Positions 8,429 through 17,371 of a stretch of 64,000 nt of DNA are shown one piece after another. The translations under genes were made by a program, and so were the position numbers. The DNA comes from Calditrichota bacterium (GTDB lineage: Bacteria > Electryoneota > AABM5-125-24 > Hatepunaeales > Hatepunaeaceae). The notes under the pieces are model-generated. The model searched no databases. It saw nothing but the letters and a program-made list of their open reading frames with translations, and was not told the origin of the DNA. The stretch is from NCBI GenBank assembly GCA_018644935.1, contig JABGPL010000002.1:20139-84138 (forward strand), written 5' to 3'. The stretch's first letter is position 1; every line of letters starts with the position of its first letter.

Positions 8429-9661
8429 ATGAGGATTTGGGTTCGGTTTTTAGTTCTATTTATTGTTGTAGGGACTTCAGTTATCGGTGGGGATGCTTTC
8501 GCGTTGTCGAGCAAAAATCTCTATGAACTTAAATGCGGCAGGTGTCATGTTGCGTTTGAACCATCGGAGTTCACGGCACAGGAATGGCCGGGTATTGTCC
8601 GGTCTATGAAAGCTCAGGCTGCACTGACCGCTTCGGAAACTCAAGAGATAACGGAATATCTCGTTAATGCAAGCCAGGGTGAAGACTCAGAACACTCTGG
8701 AAACCGCCCAAGCTTTGGCGGGTATTTGTATACTGAATATTTCCAGTCTCCAAAAAAAATCAAGAACTTCGATATACATTATCTGGCTTTTCACATATCC
8801 GGCTGGGCAAGTGATAATATATCCTATTTTGGTGAGTTTGAGCTTGAACATGGTGGTAAAGGTGAAGATACTTTTGTCGAGCAGGCATTTCTCGACTGGT
8901 GGGTCAGACCGACAACAGCTGTAAAGATCGGTGCAATGCTGACACCGTTCAACCGCTTCGATGAATTCCACGATCCACTGATGAATTACCTCATTACCCG
9001 TCCACAGGTTTCGCGCGAACTCGGTGTGAGTGCGTGGAAAGAGGTTGGTGTTGACCTGCACGGATATTTCAATATTGCAGATACTGGCGTTCTATCTTAC
9101 GACCTATATACGATAAATGGTCTTGGGGAAGGTGATAATTTACGTAAGAGCCGTCAATACCGTGACAATAATGAGTCGAGGGCTTTCGGGGGAAGAGTTA
9201 ACTACGTCTTCAAGGACATGCTTGAGGCTGGAGCATCAATGTATCAGGGTGCCTGGGACGATGAAGCCGACTACAACTTGTCGATGTTTGGCGCGCATCT
9301 GATGATGCAGACTCCATTTGCGGAAATATTCGGTGAATATACCCAGGCAACCTCCGAAAACCCCGGTGATGTCGGTGACGGCGAAATGTCCGGATATTTC
9401 ATTCAAGCTTCACGACTGTTCAATGGCGCATATCGCCCGACTGTTCGCTACGGCATGCTGGATTACCTCGACGAAGGCGACAAACGCGGTCGCGATTCCG
9501 ACAATGGCAACAAGGATTTAACAGAACTGGCATTAGGTTTGTCTTACTATCCGACATCCAAAGTCGCTTTCAAATTTGAATATACGATATTCACCGAGGG
9601 CGACCGGATGGAAGAAGTTGACAACAATCAGATTGGGCTTCAGGCGGCGGTGAAGTTTTAG
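8429..9661 (+). CDS. Monoheme cytochrome c fused to an outer-membrane porin-like beta-barrel
   Basis: Signal peptide ending AFA; a single CxxCH (CGRCH, 8534-8548) in a YxxxCxxCH...EW...M...L...EI..YL domain; then amphipathic strands with EFELEHGG and VEQAFLDW; C-terminal Phe (AAVKF). Confidence 0.8.
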   Translation: MRIWVRFLVLFIVVGTSVIGGDAFALSSKNLYELKCGRCHVAFEPSEFTAQEWPGIVRSMKAQAALTASETQEITEYLVNASQGEDSEHSGNRPSFGGYLYTEYFQSPKKIKNFDIHYLAFHISGWASDNISYFGEFELEHGGKGEDTFVEQAFLDWWVRPTTAVKIGAMLTPFNRFDEFHDPLMNYLITRPQVSRELGVSAWKEVGVDLHGYFNIADTGVLSYDLYTINGLGEGDNLRKSRQYRDNNESRAFGGRVNYVFKDMLEAGASMYQGAWDDEADYNLSMFGAHLMMQTPFAEIFGEYTQATSENPGDVGDGEMSGYFIQASRLFNGAYRPTVRYGMLDYLDEGDKRGRDSDNGNKDLTELALGLSYYPTSKVAFKFEYTIFTEGDRMEEVDNNQIGLQAAVKF

Positions 9662-9718
9662 ATTTTGAACCTGTGCTGGGGGAGTATAATTATTCTCCTC
9701 TGTGCAATTTTTATGTTC

Positions 9719-9755
9719 ACAATTTCAAGGTGATTTATGATCGCCTTGAAATTGT
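9719..9755. terminator. Long hairpin downstream of the cytochrome-porin gene (terminator or mRNA stabiliser)
   Basis: ACAATTTCAAGGTGAT-TTATG-ATCGCCTTGAAATTGT, a 16-bp stem with one G-U pair; the U-tract is weak. Confidence 0.5.
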
Positions 9756-9833
9756 CTCCTCTTTCCATAGTGTCGTCAAATTGGAGCGACCTGTTTCAAA
9801 TCCCCAAAAATAGTCTCTATCTATACGCCTCTA

Positions 9834-9862
9834 TAGACATGCCTTCTATTTAAGATTATATT
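9834..9862 (+). promoter_or_regulatory. Putative sigma70-type promoter
   Basis: TAGACA, 17-nt spacer, TATATT upstream of the 955-aa gene. Confidence 0.45.
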
Positions 9863-9896
9863 TAGAAAGCTATGTGTTTTTATGGTTTAACTTGAA

Positions 9897-12764
9897 GTGA
9901 GAATTGTCATGCTAAAAAGAACTCTATTTTTCGCCGTGATTATAGCAATCACAGCATCCCAAGTGCTTGCCCTAAACTTTGATCCCCCCTTAAATGAGGG
10001 GGTTGAGTTCCCCGTTACGAGAGTTGACGAAGTTAGTGAGGTCGTAATGATGGTTATGGAAAACGATGATCGTCGGCCTTCAAGAATTTTGTTCGGAGAA
10101 TTTCAAAATCAGGTATTCAGTGTTAATCCAGCACAATTTCAAATTGAGCCAGGTCAGCGGATTGAGGTAACTTTCACATTTGAACCTCGAGAGGGTGGAG
10201 TGGTAGAGGAAAGGGCCAGGGTTACAATTGCGACAGCGAACGGGAATATGGAAGTGAGGGAGTACCCGATTAGCGGTGAAGGATTTGCCGGTTTTCCTGA
10301 AATTCGAGTTGACCCAATGGATATTGAGTTGGCACTTGGTGCACTGGGTGAGCATGTTGAAGAGATCGTGTCTATTTCAAATGGTGGACTTGCGGATCTG
10401 GAATTTCAGATTGAATTAGATGAAGATGTTGAATGGCTATATGTTGAGCCAATGCAGAGTGTTGTTGAACCTGATGAAAGGATGGAACTGACTGTATCCA
10501 CCACAGATTTTGTGCCGGCGCAGGGGGAGTACTTAACCAGAATCCGTATCCACTCAAACGATCCTGAACAGGAATTAGTTGAAATGACAGTGCAGTTTAG
10601 TGTGGGTTTTGAACCGACACTGACATTAGATCCGGGTATGATCGAAGAACAACTCGGCATAGATGCAAATGTAGAGATCGCCATTGAAGCAACAAACACA
10701 GGCGATGCGGAATTAGCGTTTAATATTGAGCGGAAACTTATCGGAGATCAAAACGCCGCCCCGTGGGATGAAAGATATAATGTGAATTATCAGGAACACC
10801 TGGAAGACAATGGTTTGCAGGGAGTGGTATTTGCTGAAGGTTCCTTTTTCGTAGCCAGTTCAAATGGAAATGGTGAAAGGGGGAAGATCTACGAGTTAAC
10901 ACCCGAGGGTGAGGTCGTAAATGAGTTCGACCAGTTTGTCAATTCCCGTTATGGAATGCGTGATTTAGCCTATGATGGAAATCTGATGTGGGGTTTGGAT
11001 AGTGGTGTTCTATATGGATTTACCACTGCAGGTGAATTGGAAACAACAATTGAAGTTCCCGATAATCTCAGTGTCAGATGTCTCGCATATGATCCGGACA
11101 ACTCCATTTTCTGGCTAGGCAATATCACAAATGACTTTTTCGCAGTCGATCTTGAAGGAAACTTGATTCGAACCGTAGACAGAAACCGGGAACTCCGAGC
11201 ATATGGACTGGCGTACTGGGGGGATGATCCGGATGGTTATTGCCTTTATGCAACAACTCCCGGGGTTGAGCAGGACATTACCATTAGTAAAATCAACACC
11301 GAAAATGGGGACTTTGAAATTGTTACCGAATTATCCTGCGGAAGTACTCGTCCGAGTGGGATAGCCATCACGAATAGATTTGATGCACTAAGTTGGGTGT
11401 TGGTCGCTCTTGTTCAGACTCCGGATCGCGTAGCAGTTTGGCAGCTCGACTCCAATCTCGACTGGTTTACCATTGAACCGGAAAATGCTGCGCTTGAAGC
11501 AGGAGATTCGCAAGACCTTACTGTCACATTAAATACAACTGGACTTCCGGAGGGCGAGTTTGAAGCTCAGTTCGTCCTCACTTTGGACAACGCCGGTGGT
11601 CAGGTAATTCTGCCAGTTGCCCTTACTGTTCAGGCTGGTGGAGTTCAGGAACGGGTAATTGAATTGAATGTAGGATGGAATATGGTTTCAACTAATGTCG
11701 TCCTTGAGGATGATGATATTTTTGTAATTATGAGTGAACTGGTTGAAGCTGAGCAACTTCTCCTAATGAAAGATGGATCAGGAAGATTCTACAGCCCTGC
11801 ATTTGGTTTTAACAATATTCCCGGTTGGGATGTTGCATCGGGGTATTTGATTAAAATGAACGATCCAAGCGAGCTCACTTTAACCGGAATGCCTGTTATG
11901 TTCGATGAGCCTATTGATCTCGTGGAAGGTTGGAATATGACTGCATATTATCCGCGTGTACCTGTGGCTGATATGATTGCATTATTCGGAATTGTCGACC
12001 AGCTTATCATGGCAAAGGATGGGGCGGGACGATTTTACTCCGTCGATTTCAATTTCAGCAACATGGGTGACATGGTAGAAGGGAGCGGTTACCAGATAAA
12101 GGTCGAAGAGGATGTGGTGCTGATCTATCGACTCGAAGAGGAGGGTCAGCTAAACATGACTTCACCTCTGAGATCAGAAAATGATCTCCTAAGGCTATCT
12201 GACTCAAACATGAGTGTATTGGTATACTGTGAAAGTTCCTATTCAGGCAGTGTGAGCGCGTATTCGGGTGACTTGTTGGTGGGTACTGGTGAAGTAGTAA
12301 ACGGAACAGGCGGATTGGCAGTCTGGGGTGATGACCCAACTACACCAGAGAAAGAAGGTCTTAAGACCGGTGAATCATTTGAACTCAGGTTCGGAAATCA
12401 ATCCAGTTTCAAATCATATGAAACCTTACAGGGAAATGGATTGATATACGAGACCAATGCATTTACCGCCCTGAAGATAGAACAAAACCAGAACCTCCCC
12501 CAGGATTACTATCTATCCGAAACCTACCCAAACCCGTTCAACAACCGCACAACAATAAGCTACGGATTGCCGGAATCGGGTGAGGTTTCCATAGGCATTT
12601 TCGACCTGAACGGCAGATCAGTAGAAACCTTACTGAACCAGCAGATCACAGCCGGTCACCACTCAATTACCTGGAATGCTGAAGACATGGGATCAGGGAC
12701 TTATCTGGTTAAGATGCAGGCTGGTGAGTTTAGCAACATCAGAAAAGTTGTTATGATCAAATAA
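9897..12764 (+). CDS. Large acidic secreted protein: Ig-like domains, beta-propeller, duplicated GWNM module and T9SS type-A C-terminal domain
   Basis: Signal peptide (start possibly the ATG at 9910); ISNGG.ADLEF and SNDP.Q Ig-type motifs; C-terminal YPNPFNNRTTISY...SGTYLVKM...KVVMIK. Confidence 0.85.
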   Translation: MRIVMLKRTLFFAVIIAITASQVLALNFDPPLNEGVEFPVTRVDEVSEVVMMVMENDDRRPSRILFGEFQNQVFSVNPAQFQIEPGQRIEVTFTFEPREGGVVEERARVTIATANGNMEVREYPISGEGFAGFPEIRVDPMDIELALGALGEHVEEIVSISNGGLADLEFQIELDEDVEWLYVEPMQSVVEPDERMELTVSTTDFVPAQGEYLTRIRIHSNDPEQELVEMTVQFSVGFEPTLTLDPGMIEEQLGIDANVEIAIEATNTGDAELAFNIERKLIGDQNAAPWDERYNVNYQEHLEDNGLQGVVFAEGSFFVASSNGNGERGKIYELTPEGEVVNEFDQFVNSRYGMRDLAYDGNLMWGLDSGVLYGFTTAGELETTIEVPDNLSVRCLAYDPDNSIFWLGNITNDFFAVDLEGNLIRTVDRNRELRAYGLAYWGDDPDGYCLYATTPGVEQDITISKINTENGDFEIVTELSCGSTRPSGIAITNRFDALSWVLVALVQTPDRVAVWQLDSNLDWFTIEPENAALEAGDSQDLTVTLNTTGLPEGEFEAQFVLTLDNAGGQVILPVALTVQAGGVQERVIELNVGWNMVSTNVVLEDDDIFVIMSELVEAEQLLLMKDGSGRFYSPAFGFNNIPGWDVASGYLIKMNDPSELTLTGMPVMFDEPIDLVEGWNMTAYYPRVPVADMIALFGIVDQLIMAKDGAGRFYSVDFNFSNMGDMVEGSGYQIKVEEDVVLIYRLEEEGQLNMTSPLRSENDLLRLSDSNMSVLVYCESSYSGSVSAYSGDLLVGTGEVVNGTGGLAVWGDDPTTPEKEGLKTGESFELRFGNQSSFKSYETLQGNGLIYETNAFTALKIEQNQNLPQDYYLSETYPNPFNNRTTISYGLPESGEVSIGIFDLNGRSVETLLNQQITAGHHSITWNAEDMGSGTYLVKMQAGEFSNIRKVVMIK

Positions 12765-12774
12765 CTTCCTTATA

Positions 12775-12814
12775 TTCCCCCCTGCTATCGCAGGGGGGGA
12801 ACGAAAGGGGGGGG
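12775..12814. repeat. C-run/G-run palindromic repeat, also a possible terminator
   Basis: TTCCCCCCTGC-TATC-GCAGGGGGGGAA followed by a second G8 run. Confidence 0.6.
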
Positions 12815-12845
12815 CTTACCCTCAACAGACGACAGATCGCGCAAT

Positions 12846-12870
12846 GTATGGGCGATTCACGAATCGCCCT
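12846..12870 (+). repeat. REP-like palindrome (GGGCGATTC/GAATCGCCC family)
   Basis: GTATGGGCGATTCACGAATCGCCCT, with perfect 9-bp arms after a GTA-start tetranucleotide. Confidence 0.65.
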
Positions 12871-13000
12871 TTCTCTCTCCGAATTTCACTTAACATCACC
12901 TCAACTCCCATCTCTCCCTTGAATTCCACCTTTTCAAGATTATATTGACTTTTGTATGACTTCATCAGCAAAATTTCTAATAACTACGGCCGACAAAACC

Positions 13001-13027
13001 GCAGACGCAAGGCATTGCGTCTGTACA
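13001..13027 (-). repeat. RAYT-cognate REP upstream of the transposase
   Basis: Reverse complement TGTACAGACGCAATGCCTTGCGTCTGC. Confidence 0.85.
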
Positions 13028-13050
13028 GATAATGAATAGTGTAGTTACGG

Positions 13051-13704
13051 ATGACAGAAAAATACAAAAATAAATACAGAATTTCATCCGCTCGTTTAAA
13101 TGGCTGGGATTATGGTTGGGTAGCAGCTTATTTTGTTACCCTCTGCACCAAAAAACAAGAGCATTATTTTGGAAGAGTCGTTCGAGATGAAATGCAATTG
13201 TCATTAATCGGAAGAATCGTCTATGCCGAATGGATGAAAACTCCCACTATCCGTCCGGACATGAATTTAGAATTAGGGGAATTCGTGGTGATGCCGAATC
13301 ATTTTCACGCTGTTATTTTTATTGGAGATAATGAATTTAATCGGCATCCTGATCATTCAACTACAATACCCGCCAAAGAGTGTACAGACGCAATGCCTTG
13401 CGTCTCAATTTCCGCAAAAGAGCTCAGAGACGCAAAGCATTGCGTCTGTACATGGCAGAAAAACTCTGTTGAAACAGAATTCAAAAACTTATTTGCAGCT
13501 CAGTCAAAAAATCTGGCATCAATCATCCGCGGATTTAAAGCATCGGTAACAATAAATGCCCGTCGATTAACATCGGATTTCGGCTGGCAAGCTAGATTTC
13601 ATGATCACATAATCCGAAATGAGAAATCGTTCGCGAAGATTTTGGAATATATAAAATATAATCCATTAACATGGGAAAAAGACAAATTTAACAAAATGGG
13701 ATAA
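13051..13704 (+). CDS. REP-associated tyrosine transposase (RAYT/TnpA-REP, HUH Y1 family)
   Basis: YFVTLCT, VVMPNHFHA (HUH), IIRGFK, WQARFHDHIIR and EYIKYNP (catalytic Tyr) motifs; flanked by cognate REPs. Confidence 0.92.
   Translation: MTEKYKNKYRISSARLNGWDYGWVAAYFVTLCTKKQEHYFGRVVRDEMQLSLIGRIVYAEWMKTPTIRPDMNLELGEFVVMPNHFHAVIFIGDNEFNRHPDHSTTIPAKECTDAMPCVSISAKELRDAKHCVCTWQKNSVETEFKNLFAAQSKNLASIIRGFKASVTINARRLTSDFGWQARFHDHIIRNEKSFAKILEYIKYNPLTWEKDKFNKMG
13381..13452. repeat. In-frame REP doublet inside the RAYT coding sequence
   Basis: TGTACAGACGCAATGCCTTGCGTCTC, a 20-nt spacer, then GAGACGCAAAGCATTGCGTCTGTACA; 72 nt = 24 codons. Confidence 0.9.
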
Positions 13705-13783
13705 AAATCCCTGTAGTATGAGAATTGGCTGAAGAAACATAATAATCCAAATTGATCTTGCACATTAAATGCCCGTCAAAGAG

Positions 13784-13856
13784 TGTACAGACGCAATGCC
13801 TTGCGTCTCATAATTCCACCAAAGAACTCAGAGACGCAATGCTTTGCGTCTGTACA
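13784..13856. repeat. REP doublet downstream of RAYT
   Basis: TGTACAGACGCAATGCCTTGCGTCTC, a 21-nt spacer, then GAGACGCAATGCTTTGCGTCTGTACA. Confidence 0.9.
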
Positions 13857-13897
13857 GATTCAATATCTCTCGGTTGCTGCTTTATCCTATATCAAAC

Positions 13898-16800
13898 CTA
13901 CCTGACCGCATAATACTTCCCTTCCTGATGATGAAACACAACCGCAGAAACCGAGCTTTCCGGACTCATCATCATACCTTCGGTCAGTGAAACACCTATG
14001 CGTTCTGGTTTTAGGAGGTCGAACAATGGGCGTTGGTCAGCGAGGTCGGGGCACGCGGGGTAGCCGAAGGATAGGCGAATGCCTCTGTATTTGGTTTTGA
14101 ACTGGTAGTCGAGATCGGTATCCTGCGGATCGGGGATTCCCCACTCCCGGCGCATTCTTATATGTACCCACTCGGCGGTGGCTTCGGCGAGTTCGATGGC
14201 TACAGCCTGCAGGATCATTGAGTCGAGTAACCTGCCCTCGGCTCGCATTTCTGCGGCGCGATCAATAGTGTCTGTTCCTGATGTAGTTACGAATAGACCA
14301 ATGGAGTCTCCGCCCAATCGTGGTGGACGAAGCCAATCTGCTGCACAGGTGCCTGTGTCTCCCTTTTCACGGGGGAAATTGAAGGTTACAGTGTCTATTG
14401 ATCCCGGGACAGTGACTTTGATTATATCGGTGCCGGGGCTTGCCGGGAACCAGCGGTAGAGTGCTCGGGGGGAAAGAATTCCCGCTTTTCGACCTTCCGC
14501 TGCAACCGTTTTTATCCGTTTCTGGAGGTCAATCAGCTTTGTGTCGTTCGGGTCTTTCATTCTTGCTTTTAACTTCGTGACACCGAGGTGTTTTCCGAGC
14601 AGCATCTGGGGGTTGATCAGGTCAAAGACTTCGTCAAAGGGGAGCTCCTTAAGGATGTGCTCTTCGTAATCGGGTGGTTCGGGCACTTCGCTTTCTATCC
14701 ACACGGAGGAGACAGGCTCTTTCTTTGCTTGAGGTTTCGCTGGTTTTACAGCTTTCGCTTTTTCCGTCCGTTTTACTGCATCAGCTTGTTGTTGAGTGAT
14801 TAACTCTGCGAGTTTTTCCGGCACAACTATTTTATTAGCCAGACCCAGCCCCTGCATTGCGTCGGATGCGTAGAAGGTCGGGGATTCATATGCGGGAGCT
14901 ATCTGGGTTTCAACAAATTTTTTAGTTAATGCAGCTCCACCGACCAGCATCGGCAGCTTGATCCCGGCAGCATTCAAATCCTCAGCAGTTGCTACCATCT
15001 GATGCGCACTGCGAACAAGTAAACCCGACAGCCCGATCATTGCGGGGTTATGTTCAGCAACAGCTTCAATCAGCTTTGCCGGAGGAACCTTTATCCCAAG
15101 GTTGATGATTTCAAAACCGTTGTTTGACAGTATCATGTCAACGAGGTTCTTGCCAATGTCGTGGACATCCCCTTTGACTGTCGCGATCAACATCTTACCC
15201 TTGATTGCCACTGACTCACCCGGTGGGAAGTACGGGCGGATGAAATCGACGGCGGCTTTCATGACCTCCGCCGATTCGAGAACTTCGGCTACAATAAGAC
15301 GATTATCCCCGAACAGTGTCCCGACCTCATCCATCCCTGCCATGAGTGGTCCGTTAATCAGATCAAGCGGACTCATCTTTTCGAGCATTTCAGCGAGGTT
15401 GATCTCCAGTCCTTCCCGGTTGGCTTCGACAACAGCTCTCGATACCTTCTCAGGAGTGGTAAGTTCTGCCCATTCGTCTTCGGTCGATTGGGGTGATACA
15501 TCCCGGAAGCGTGTGGTGAAATCCATGATTGATTTATTGTCACCGGTCAGGAGAAGGTTTTCTGCCAGTTTTCGGTCTTCGTCAGAAATGGTTGGGTATC
15601 GTTTCAAACCCTCTGTGTTCACGATTGCCAGATCAAGCCCGGCTTTTGCGCATTTATACAGAAAAACGGAGTTGACTACTTCACGACCTGCGGGAGGTAG
15701 TCCGAATGATACATTTGAAATCCCGAGTAATGTCAGGCAGTTTGGGAATCTTTCCTTTATCGCTTTGGTGCCCTGTATGGTTGCTTCGGCTGTGCCGAGA
15801 TATGCAGGATCGCCAGTTGCAGCTGGGAAGACCAGGGGATCAAAGATTATGTCACCTTCGGGAATTCCGAATTCTGTAGTGAGTATTCCATGGATTCTCT
15901 CAGCGATCTCCAGTTTGCGCTCAACTGTCGTCGCCATGCCCTGTTCAGGATCTTCGTCGATAACACCACAGACGAGTGATGCACCATATTTTCGAGCCAG
16001 TTCCGCAACGTAGCGCAGGCGTTTTCCACCATCCTCGAGGTTGACGGAATTTATTGCTGGTTTTCCGCCGATATTCTTCAGCCCGGCTTCGACAACCTTG
16101 GGGTCAGTAGTGTCCATCATTATGGGGACACGTACCTTGCGAAGTAGCGGACGAAGCACTCCTGTAAAATCTTCGAGCTCGTCCCGGTCGGGATTGGCAA
16201 CGCACAGATCAATGACCATTGCGCTCTTCTTAACCTGCTTACGGCCAATTTCGGCAGATGCATCCCATTTTTCCTGTGAGACGAGGCGTTTAAATTTCCG
16301 GCTGCCGATAGTGTTCGTTCTTTCCCCGACGAAAACGGGACGGTTGTCATCTTCAACGACCATTGCCTCAGCTCCAGCAAGGGCAGGAAAACGTCCGTCT
16401 TTAACCGGTATCCTCGGAGGAATGCCACGAATAACTGAGCAAACCGCACTGATATGTTCGTTTGATGTTCCACAACAACCACCGATGATGTTTACAAATC
16501 CGTCGTTGGCAAACCGCTCGATTATTTTGCTGAACACTTCAGGAGTATCTGTATACTTACCCTCTGTATTCGGCAACCCGGCATTGGGCCAAGCGGACAC
16601 AGGGAAACGTGATATCTGTGAAAGTGTTCGCAGGTGGTCTGTCATTGCTGCGGGACCAGTTGCACAGTTTAAGCCGATAGAGAGGAGATCAAAATGGCAG
16701 ATGGAGTGGTATAAAGCCTCGATGTTCTGCCCGGCGAGCATCGTCCCGTTGGGTTCAATGGTCACAGAAACTGAGACAGGAGCTTCGCGATCAAGATCTT

Positions 16801-17368
16801 TCTGAGCTGTCTCAATCCCGAACAATGCTGCTTTCAGGTTAAGCGTATCCTGAGTTGTCTCGAGAAGCAGTATATCGGATCCTCCTTCGAGTAGGCCTGA
16901 AGCATAAATTCGGTATACTTCAACGACTTCATCAAACGTAATTCCACCAGTAACAGTTATCGGTTTGGTTCCTGGTCCCATTGATCCGGTAACAAATACG
17001 CGTTTGTCCATTGCATATTCAGCAACAGCTCGATTTGCCAGTTGTGCGGATTTGCAGGCGATTTCTCTTGAACGCTCAGCAATACCATATTCAGCCAGAA
17101 CTGTTGGCGAGCCGTTGAAGGTGTTGGTGAAGATCAGGTCTGAGCCAGCTTCAATGTATAAGCGATGTAGTTGAACAACCATGTCCGGGGCATGAACATT
17201 AAGCATTTCATTGCACCCGCTGAACTCCTCCCCTCCGAAATCTTCATCTGTCGGATTCATCCATTCGAGGGCGGTTCCGGTGGAACCGTCAGTGGCAAGG
17301 ATTCGCTCTTGTAATAATTGTTTCAGAAGAGCTTTATTTTTGATATCTTCTTGTCGATTAATTGCCAT
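13898..17368 (-). CDS. metH: Cobalamin-dependent methionine synthase
   Basis: Hcy domain (GLNCATGP, GGCCGT), pterin domain (GERTN, SNVSFG), B12 motif GDVHDIGKN and activation domain SFGYPACPD. Confidence 0.96.
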   Translation of the reverse strand: MAINRQEDIKNKALLKQLLQERILATDGSTGTALEWMNPTDEDFGGEEFSGCNEMLNVHAPDMVVQLHRLYIEAGSDLIFTNTFNGSPTVLAEYGIAERSREIACKSAQLANRAVAEYAMDKRVFVTGSMGPGTKPITVTGGITFDEVVEVYRIYASGLLEGGSDILLLETTQDTLNLKAALFGIETAQKDLDREAPVSVSVTIEPNGTMLAGQNIEALYHSICHFDLLSIGLNCATGPAAMTDHLRTLSQISRFPVSAWPNAGLPNTEGKYTDTPEVFSKIIERFANDGFVNIIGGCCGTSNEHISAVCSVIRGIPPRIPVKDGRFPALAGAEAMVVEDDNRPVFVGERTNTIGSRKFKRLVSQEKWDASAEIGRKQVKKSAMVIDLCVANPDRDELEDFTGVLRPLLRKVRVPIMMDTTDPKVVEAGLKNIGGKPAINSVNLEDGGKRLRYVAELARKYGASLVCGVIDEDPEQGMATTVERKLEIAERIHGILTTEFGIPEGDIIFDPLVFPAATGDPAYLGTAEATIQGTKAIKERFPNCLTLLGISNVSFGLPPAGREVVNSVFLYKCAKAGLDLAIVNTEGLKRYPTISDEDRKLAENLLLTGDNKSIMDFTTRFRDVSPQSTEDEWAELTTPEKVSRAVVEANREGLEINLAEMLEKMSPLDLINGPLMAGMDEVGTLFGDNRLIVAEVLESAEVMKAAVDFIRPYFPPGESVAIKGKMLIATVKGDVHDIGKNLVDMILSNNGFEIINLGIKVPPAKLIEAVAEHNPAMIGLSGLLVRSAHQMVATAEDLNAAGIKLPMLVGGAALTKKFVETQIAPAYESPTFYASDAMQGLGLANKIVVPEKLAELITQQQADAVKRTEKAKAVKPAKPQAKKEPVSSVWIESEVPEPPDYEEHILKELPFDEVFDLINPQMLLGKHLGVTKLKARMKDPNDTKLIDLQKRIKTVAAEGRKAGILSPRALYRWFPASPGTDIIKVTVPGSIDTVTFNFPREKGDTGTCAADWLRPPRLGGDSIGLFVTTSGTDTIDRAAEMRAEGRLLDSMILQAVAIELAEATAEWVHIRMRREWGIPDPQDTDLDYQFKTKYRGIRLSFGYPACPDLADQRPLFDLLKPERIGVSLTEGMMMSPESSVSAVVFHHQEGKYYAVR

Positions 17369-17371
17369 TGT

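Larger units (their letters stand above)
13001..13856 (+). mobile_element. REPtron: RAYT with five cognate REPs
   Basis: One REP upstream, a doublet inside the gene (13381-13452) and a doublet downstream (13784-13856). Confidence 0.8.

Noticed and set aside
8429..8700. Calling the cytochrome-porin cyc2
   Set aside because: It lacks the PxFARQ and post-heme PxL motifs of Cyc2; only the architecture is shared.
15102..16805. Long plus-strand ORFs (303 and 254 aa) opposite metH
   Set aside because: Antisense shadows of a conserved gene, with Ser/Thr-rich non-protein-like composition.
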